From: Tannockella kyphosi
GTDB taxonomy: Bacteria; Bacillota_I; Bacilli_A; Erysipelotrichales; Coprobacillaceae
Direction: 5' to 3'
Assembly (NCBI RefSeq): GCF_021054785.1
Contig: NZ_CP088239.1
Coordinates: 1,800,001-1,832,000, forward strand
Length of the DNA: 32,000 nucleotides
Positions 26,661-32,000 of this stretch are shown one piece after another; the stretch's first letter is position 1; every line of letters begins with the position of its first letter. The position numbers were made by a program, and so were the translations under genes. Under the pieces are notes generated by a model. It had not been told where the DNA came from, did not search any database, and saw only the letters and a list, made by a program, of their open reading frames with translations.

Positions 26661-26710
26661 ATTATATCGCGCGCGCGCTTTAATTTCAATAGTTTTATCG
26701 CGCGCGCGCG
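26661..26710 (-). promoter_or_regulatory. Consensus sigma-A-type promoter whose spacer and upstream flank are (CG)n boxes
   Basis: Minus strand: TTGAAA (26689..26684), 17-nt spacer ttaaaGCGCGCGCGCGa, TATAAT (26666..26661). Plus-strand direct repeats TATCGCGCGCGCGC (26665..26678) and TATCGCGCGCGCGCG (26696..26710) are offset by 31 bp. Confidence 0.65.
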
Positions 26711-26790
26711 AAAGAACGCGTAACATCTTCATTTTTTACTTTATATTTATCAATATAATTTAGCACTCCTAAGATGTTATTCATTCTATT

Positions 26791-26895
26791 TATCCCCTTT
26801 TATTTTTTCTTTAAAACAAAAAAAGAACTCTCCTAAGAGAGTTCAAGTTTATGCATAAATCCAACTGTTCGAAAAAATAATAATTATCTTTTTGA
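26791..26895 (-). repeat. R7: native rpsI stop codon, 3' UTR and rho-independent terminator; prototype of the array repeat
   Basis: tatccccttttattttttctttaaaac, hairpin GAACTCTCCTAAGAGAGTTC (26825..26844), then aagtttatgcataaatccaactgtt, identical to R4-R6. ataattatctttttGAGAAC includes the rpsI stop (26884..26886) and its last codons (FSKR*). Confidence 0.85.
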
Positions 26896-27282
26896 GAACT
26901 GTGGTGCACGTCTTGCTGCTTTAAGTCCGTATTTTTTACGTTCTTTAGCACGAGCATCACGAGTAAGGAATCCAGCTGCTTTTAATGTTGGTCTATAATC
27001 ATCTCCAGCTTGTAATAAAGCTCTTGAGATACCATGACGGATTGCACCAGCTTGACCTGTGTATCCTCCACCATATACATTAACACTAACATCAAATTTT
27101 TCACCTGTGTTAGTTAATTCTAAAGGTTGATTTACGATCATTAATAAAACATCTGATGATAAATAATCTTTAGCAGTTTTACCGTTAATAACGATATTAC
27201 CAGTACCTGGAGTTAAGATTACTCTAGCTACTGATGATTTTCTACGTCCAGTACCTCTGTATTGTACATTTGCCATTGTCAT
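26884..27282 (-). CDS. rpsI: 30S ribosomal protein S9
   Basis: ...[16 protein letters not shown]...[18 protein letters not shown]...[27 protein letters not shown] is unmistakably S9. The start may be the second ATG at 27276. Confidence 0.95.
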   Translation of the reverse strand: MTMANVQYRGTGRRKSSVARVILTPGTGNIVINGKTAKDYLSSDVLLMIVNQPLELTNTGEKFDVSVNVYGGGYTGQAGAIRHGISRALLQAGDDYRPTLKAAGFLTRDARAKERKKYGLKAARRAPQFSKR

Positions 27283-27290
27283 CTTTCCCC

Positions 27291-27728
27291 TTACCCTTTA
27301 AATTTCATTTCTTCTGGTTGTTGTGCTGCATGAGGATGAGTACTTCCTGCATATACATGAAGTTTCATTCCTTGTTTTCTTCCTAATGTGTTATGAGGTA
27401 ACATACCTTTAACAGCTGCTTCCACAAATCCTGTAGGATCTTTTTCTTGGAAAGTTCTAGCAGTTTTAACTTTTAAACCACCTAACCATCCAGAGTGACG
27501 GTAATATTTTACACTATCTAATTTTTTACCAGTCATTACTACTTTTTCAGCATTAATGATAATCACGTTATCTCCTGTATCTACATGTGGTGTAAATGTA
27601 GGTTTATGTTTACCTCTTAATACTACGGCAACTTCTGAAGCTAAACGACCTAAAGTTAAGTCAGTAGCATCAATTACGTACCATTTTCTTTCAATTGTGG
27701 CTTCATTAGCCATTGTTGTTTGTCTCAT
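27291..27728 (-). CDS. rplM: 50S ribosomal protein L13
   Basis: [62 protein letters not shown] matches the Bacillus L13 N-terminus almost residue for residue. Confidence 0.95.
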   Translation of the reverse strand: MRQTTMANEATIERKWYVIDATDLTLGRLASEVAVVLRGKHKPTFTPHVDTGDNVIIINAEKVVMTGKKLDSVKYYRHSGWLGGLKVKTARTFQEKDPTGFVEAAVKGMLPHNTLGRKQGMKLHVYAGSTHPHAAQQPEEMKFKG

Positions 27729-27782
27729 CTTCTCTTCTCCTATATCCTTACCGGGGACTTTAGAGTTCTTATGAACATTTCC

Positions 27783-27811
27783 ATTATAGAGATTTATATG
27801 CTTTATGTCAA
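27783..27811 (-). promoter_or_regulatory. Consensus promoter of the rplM-rpsI operon
   Basis: Minus strand: TTGACA (27811..27806), 17 nt, TATAAT (27788..27783). It leaves a leader of about 50 nt before the RBS AGGAGAAGAG. Confidence 0.7.
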
Positions 27812-27849
27812 TTGTTTTCTATCTATTTTGTATAAAAACCATGTTATTT

Positions 27850-28911
27850 TTATTCTACTACTTCTCTACCTTCTATTAGCTTTAATCCCGTCATTTCTTC
27901 TATCTTAAATTCATAAAAATGGTTATAAAAACATGCTCCCATCGCTATTTTCTCACCATCCTTCAAATAATAATAACCTATCTTATCTCCATAATCATAA
28001 TCATCAAAATCATAAGAGATAACATACTCACTACCATCTATCCCTATAAAAGAATAATAGCCTGCATCTCCTTCTACAGGATAACCTTCTCTTACTAGTA
28101 TTTCATACAAAGAACTAAAGCTTATTCCATAACCATACGTACTCCCTACTATATCATCATAACAAACAATGAATTCTTCTTCATAATCATCTTCGTCTTC
28201 TTGTTCTCCATAATAGATATATACACGATGATAATAACCATCTAGAGCAGTAGCTATTTCTTCTTGAGTAAATGTTTCTATTACTTCATAACGATAATCT
28301 AATGCACATTGAATAAACTCTGCTAACATTTCTTCATAACTAGTTTCATAGCTAGTCATTCCAGATATGTTACCAGAAGTATCGTCATAGGTTTCTATTG
28401 TGTTTGCTAGTAGGTGATCATAAGTTAAATAGTAGCCAATAGATAATCCTTCATATCCTAATTGTTCAAAGGTTGATTGAAGTATTTGAATGTCATTGTA
28501 ACATGCTAGTAACTCTTCTTTGTTTGTATAAGACCCTTGTATATTAGCAGAAAATAAGCCCTCTTCATCTATAGAAGATACTACCTCTAATCTCTCTAAC
28601 ACCGGAAGGTCATCATAAATAAAATCAATAACTGCCGCGTTATAATCATTCCACAAACTATTTGAAACCCACTCATTGCCCCAATAAAAATCATCAATTA
28701 CATGAAACACTAAGCCAGTATCATCTACTGTTACTGTCCATACGCTATCTTCATATCCATCTTCCTCTATTCGAATATAACTTGTAGAAGATACTGTTAT
28801 ATCAGTTAGATTTAATTTCTCTTCTACTGCATTTTTAATATCCTTCTTATCATAATCTTCTGTACAACCTGTCAGAAGGATTAATAATACAAATAGCATC
28901 CCTTTTTTCAT
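27850..28911 (-). CDS. Hypothetical lipoprotein (353 aa; acidic and Tyr-rich)
   Basis: MKKGMLFVLLILLTGC is a signal peptide with lipobox LTGC. ATG at 28911 follows AGGGAGAAATATC. I recognised no family. Confidence 0.7.
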   Translation of the reverse strand: MKKGMLFVLLILLTGCTEDYDKKDIKNAVEEKLNLTDITVSSTSYIRIEEDGYEDSVWTVTVDDTGLVFHVIDDFYWGNEWVSNSLWNDYNAAVIDFIYDDLPVLERLEVVSSIDEEGLFSANIQGSYTNKEELLACYNDIQILQSTFEQLGYEGLSIGYYLTYDHLLANTIETYDDTSGNISGMTSYETSYEEMLAEFIQCALDYRYEVIETFTQEEIATALDGYYHRVYIYYGEQEDEDDYEEEFIVCYDDIVGSTYGYGISFSSLYEILVREGYPVEGDAGYYSFIGIDGSEYVISYDFDDYDYGDKIGYYYLKDGEKIAMGACFYNHFYEFKIEEMTGLKLIEGREVVE

Positions 28912-28996
28912 GATATTTCTCCCTTGTAACATCTCTCTATACAAGGATTATACATCTTTCTACAGAAAAATACCGCTCTATTTTTAAGAAAATAAA

Positions 28997-30855
28997 AGAG
29001 GCTGTAACGCATTAATAAAATAAGATTTGTTTACATTATGGAAAAAGGCGCAGAATTCAAGATGAATTCTAACGCCTTTTTTGGTATAATAATTGTATGG
29101 AAAACTCGACTTTAACATACAATACTACACCAATTTCCATAACCTATAATAGCACATTCCAAATGAAATTACCATTAGACATTTACACGGTTTTACCTAA
29201 TGATGATTACTTAACATCTTTCGTAGAAATTATGAAAGGACTTGATGTTGCCAAGTATTTGAGCCAACCTTTCCCTCATGTAGGGAATAAGGGATACGAC
29301 CCTAAAATGATGTTGAATGTTGTCCTGTTTGGATTCATGGAGAAGGTACCTAGTCTAAGAGAACTAGAAAAATTATGTCGTACAGATATTCGTTATATTT
29401 ATTTAGCTGATGGTTCTACACCTAGTCATCAGTCTTTTAAGCGTTTCATGGATAAGTATTTAAAAGTACAAGTGAGAGATATTTTTTATGATATTAATGA
29501 ACGATTAAAAGCACTTGACAACATAGATACTTCAGCGCTTTATATCGATGGTACAAAGATAGAAGCGAACGCAAAAAAGAACAGCTTTGTATGGAAGAAA
29601 GCAACAATAGGATATCAAGCAAAATTGTTTGATAAGGTATCAAAAATACTACCTGATATAAACAAATTAGTTTCTACTAGTTATTCTATTCAACCTCGTT
29701 ATTCATCTCTATTGCTTGGCGAGATAGCTGATAGACTAATGAAGGAAGCAACTGCTCAAGGAATAACGTTTGTTTATGGAAAAGGAACAAGAAAAAGCTT
29801 ATTACAACGAGTTTTTGATGATGTTCTAAGTTACTATCTATCTGCTAGTAAGTATGAAGAACAGTTAAAAATATGTGGGGATAGAAATAGTTACTCTAAA
29901 ACAGATCATGACGCAACTATGATGAATATGAAGTATGACTATTATAATCAAACTGGAGTCTTTAAACCAGGCTACAATATACAAATAGGAGTCAGTGACG
30001 AATACATCATGCATCTAGATATTTATAGTAATCCAACCGACACAAAAACATTTATCCCATTTATGGAACGCTATAAAGAATATTATGGAGAATTACCAAC
30101 ATATCCTGTTGGAGATGCAGGATATGGAAGTTATGATAATTATATGTACTGTATAAAAAATGGAATGAATTTATCTATGAAGTATAATTATTATGCGATA
30201 AAGAATAGTACAAAGTTTAAAAAGAAAATATATCATATACTAAATTTCAAGAAAGATGAAAAAGGAAAATATGTATGTCCTCAAGGACATACATTCAATA
30301 TAGATGAAGGGGAAGTATACAATGAAAAAGGAGTATATACCCAAGTACATAGTCGATATAGTTGTGGGAAATGCCATAATTGTCCAGTAAAAAATAAGTG
30401 TACAAAATCAACAGGAGAAAGAGTCCTCAACATAAATGTAACTCTTAATCAAATGCAAGAAGAAGTGGATGAAATATTATCTACTGAATTAGGGAAACAA
30501 TTAAAATCAAATAGATCAAGTCAAGCAGAAGGAACATTTGGTTTAATAAAACAAGACCTTGGATATCAAAGAATACGAAGAAGAAAAACAGAAAATGTGA
30601 AATTAGAACTCATGTTACTGTCAATAGGATATAATTTGCGAAAATATCATCATAAAAAACACAGGAACGCTACGCACTAATTTAGATAAATAAGAAAATG
30701 AAAGAACGAAAAACGTGTTCTACTTTTTATTATGTCCCAAAATGTGAATAACTTCTTATTTTTTTCTGATTAACATAAATTCCTAAAAATAAGGGTAGCA
30801 AACTAAAAAAAGGCTAACGCCAAAGATTTAAAAATCTTTATGCGTTACAGCCTCT
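28997..30855 (+). mobile_element. IS1182-family insertion sequence, apparently intact (1859 bp)
   Basis: 16-bp perfect terminal inverted repeats AGAGGCTGTAACGCAT (28997..29012) and ATGCGTTACAGCCTCT (30840..30855) bracket a single 527-aa transposase ORF. I saw no clear target-site duplication. Confidence 0.8.
29097..30680 (+). CDS. IS1182-family DDE transposase (527 aa)
   Basis: N-terminus ...GNKGYDPKMMLNVVLFGFMEKVPSLRELEKLCRTDIRYIYL... and C-terminus ...RSSQAEGTFGLIKQDLGYQRIRRRKTENVKLELMLLSIGYNLRKYH are typical of IS1182/IS5-like transposases. Confidence 0.8.
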   Translation: MENSTLTYNTTPISITYNSTFQMKLPLDIYTVLPNDDYLTSFVEIMKGLDVAKYLSQPFPHVGNKGYDPKMMLNVVLFGFMEKVPSLRELEKLCRTDIRYIYLADGSTPSHQSFKRFMDKYLKVQVRDIFYDINERLKALDNIDTSALYIDGTKIEANAKKNSFVWKKATIGYQAKLFDKVSKILPDINKLVSTSYSIQPRYSSLLLGEIADRLMKEATAQGITFVYGKGTRKSLLQRVFDDVLSYYLSASKYEEQLKICGDRNSYSKTDHDATMMNMKYDYYNQTGVFKPGYNIQIGVSDEYIMHLDIYSNPTDTKTFIPFMERYKEYYGELPTYPVGDAGYGSYDNYMYCIKNGMNLSMKYNYYAIKNSTKFKKKIYHILNFKKDEKGKYVCPQGHTFNIDEGEVYNEKGVYTQVHSRYSCGKCHNCPVKNKCTKSTGERVLNINVTLNQMQEEVDEILSTELGKQLKSNRSSQAEGTFGLIKQDLGYQRIRRRKTENVKLELMLLSIGYNLRKYHHKKHRNATH

Positions 30856-30860
30856 ATCTA

Positions 30861-31097
30861 TTATTTAAAATTCTTTAAAAAACGTTCTACTCCACCCATA
30901 TCTACATATTGTTTAGCAAGATTCAAGATGTTGTCATCTTCAAAATCTCCCCCTATAAATAAAGCCGTATCCATAATATCTTTTGTTAAACCTATCAAAA
31001 CATCTTCTCCTAAATCTTGTGTTATTACTTGTTTTACTATTTCTTTACATCTTTGTACATCTTCTTCTGTTTTTTCGATTTGTGTTATACCTTCCAT
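30861..31097 (-). CDS. Hypothetical small acidic protein (78 aa), translationally coupled to tcdA
   Basis: The ATG at 31097 is 1 nt after the tcdA stop (31099..31101), with RBS AAAGGAGAATAAC. I recognised no family. Confidence 0.55.
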   Translation of the reverse strand: MEGITQIEKTEEDVQRCKEIVKQVITQDLGEDVLIGLTKDIMDTALFIGGDFEDDNILNLAKQYVDMGGVERFLKNFK

Positions 31098-31098
31098 G

Positions 31099-31782
31099 TT
31101 ATTCTCCTTTTGTTAGTTGTTCAAATACAAAACTCGCTATTTTAAGTCCTGCACTACTTGGTACAAAACTAATACTACCTGGTGTTCTATCTTGTGTTTG
31201 AATTGGTAATTCTTTTGAATATAAAACATTTGTTTTATATATCCCTCTGTTTTTTAGTTCTTTACGCATTACTTTTGCTAGTGGACAAACACTTGTTTTA
31301 TCAATTGTTGTAATTTCAAATAAACTAGGATTTAGTTTATTTCCTGTTCCCATGGAACTAATAATAGGAATATTTCTTTGATTACAAGCTTCTATTAAAG
31401 CTATTTTAGCTTTAATCGTATCAATAGCATCTACTACATAGTCACAACCTTCTAGAATATATTCTTTATCTTCTCCTGGTAAATAAAACATATCGAAACA
31501 TTCAATATGAATATTTGGATTAATATCAAGGCATCTAGCTTTGGCTATTTCTACTTTCTTTTTTGCAACAGTAGAATGCAAAGCATATAATTGGCGATTT
31601 ATGTTTGTTATATCCACCACATCATGATCCACTAATACTAGATTTCCTATACCAGCACGACATAATGCTTCTACTACATAACTACCTACACCACCTAATC
31701 CTAATATTGCTACTTTCTTTTGTTGCATTTGTTGGATTGGTTCTTCTCCAATAATTTTAATTGTTCTTGAAAACTGTTCCAT
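31099..31782 (-). CDS. tcdA: tRNA threonylcarbamoyladenosine dehydratase (ThiF/MoeB-family, TcdA/YgdL-like)
   Basis: FSRT...G......L....VAILGLGGVGSYVVEALCRAGIGNLVLVDHDVVDITNINRQ is the E1-like Rossmann motif. The 227-aa size and SVCPLAKVMRKELK region fit TcdA. Confidence 0.75.
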   Translation of the reverse strand: MEQFSRTIKIIGEEPIQQMQQKKVAILGLGGVGSYVVEALCRAGIGNLVLVDHDVVDITNINRQLYALHSTVAKKKVEIAKARCLDINPNIHIECFDMFYLPGEDKEYILEGCDYVVDAIDTIKAKIALIEACNQRNIPIISSMGTGNKLNPSLFEITTIDKTSVCPLAKVMRKELKNRGIYKTNVLYSKELPIQTQDRTPGSISFVPSSAGLKIASFVFEQLTKGE

Positions 31783-31851
31783 ATCACTCCTACTTTCTAG
31801 TACATTCTAACAAATATACGCTATGAAAAAAAGTATACGTTTCTTTTTTTA

Positions 31852-32000
31852 TCATTCACATTCAAAAAAATGAATAATTTCCTCAATACTAACTGGTTTC
31901 ATATCATTTGCATCTACCCCAACATCATATCTTTTGAATCCTTTTTCTTTATTGTTTACGTTATATTGTTTTTCATTGTGTTGGTGCCCATGTAGATGAT
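31852..32000 (-). CDS. Metallophosphoesterase-family protein, C-terminal fragment (start outside the window)
   Basis: The minus strand reads HLHGHQHNEKQYNVNNKEKGFKRYDVGVDANDMKPVSIEEIIHFFECE*. HLHGHQH is the GH(T/Q)H calcineurin-like phosphoesterase motif. Confidence 0.55.
   Translation of the reverse strand, partial: HLHGHQHNEKQYNVNNKEKGFKRYDVGVDANDMKPVSIEEIIHFFECE

Noticed and set aside
26845-26870. Palindrome TTTATGCATAAA inside the repeat core as a dif/Xer-type site (pdif-module analogy)
   Set aside because: Only the GCATAA part resembles a XerC-type arm. The sequence on the other side of a 6-nt spacer (CTGTTTGGAGT) does not resemble the TTATGTTAAAT-type XerD arm. It may still be a recombinase-binding site, but I cannot support a Xer assignment.
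15383-26895. Could the regularly recurring repeats be a CRISPR array?
   Set aside because: The repeat units are 150-200 bp, against about 24-48 bp for CRISPR repeats. The intervals are 1.4-2.9 kb and contain complete genes with promoters. No cas genes are present.
27729-27782. rplM 5' leader as the ribosomal L13 leader RNA motif
   Set aside because: A leader of about 50 nt exists downstream of the consensus promoter, and Bacillota are known to carry an L13 leader. I could not identify the conserved structure by eye, so it needs an Rfam/Infernal scan.

Overview
AT-rich, low-GC Bacillota-type chromosomal segment. I found no rRNA, tRNA or CRISPR. Core genes are at the right: rplM-rpsI (27728..26884, minus), a lipoprotein, tcdA and a metallophosphoesterase fragment, interrupted by an intact IS1182-family element (28997..30855). 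The left end carries an Eda aldolase tail, an XRE-DUF3990 two-gene module, a heterodimeric ABC exporter operon, a RelB antitoxin with a truncated toxin, and a D-2-hydroxyacid dehydrogenase. The main result is the region downstream of rpsI, about 26.9 kb back to 15.4 kb and possibly to about 8.0 kb. It is a tandem array of short gene cassettes, all co-oriented with rpsI. Each cassette is bounded by a 150-200 bp repeat (R1-R7, plus a decayed R0). The prototype repeat, R7, is the native rpsI stop codon, 3' UTR and rho-independent terminator. Cargo is three intact COG2865-type (Schlafen/AlbA_2 + HATPase_c_4 + wHTH) paralogues, remnants of at least three more, an AAA_14/DUF4143 ATPase, an HxlR-VOC pair, and a DUF1016 nuclease with an XRE-membrane protein and a small membrane protein. 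No recombinase gene is visible in or next to the array. The repeat arms are mosaic, which suggests cassette exchange. Each COG2865 paralogue has its own operator-like promoter: (CG)n direct repeats inside a consensus promoter, a tetO-like CTATCACTGATAG palindrome, or an AAATAAACAAAATT inverted repeat. Further left is a MazG-like pyrophosphohydrolase plus PD-(D/E)xK-DUF2075 nuclease-helicase operon (candidate defence pair), a decayed IS3 element, and a duplicated ABC 3'-end remnant that carries a second DUF4143 ATPase. All family assignments come from motif recognition by eye and need HMM or BLAST confirmation.
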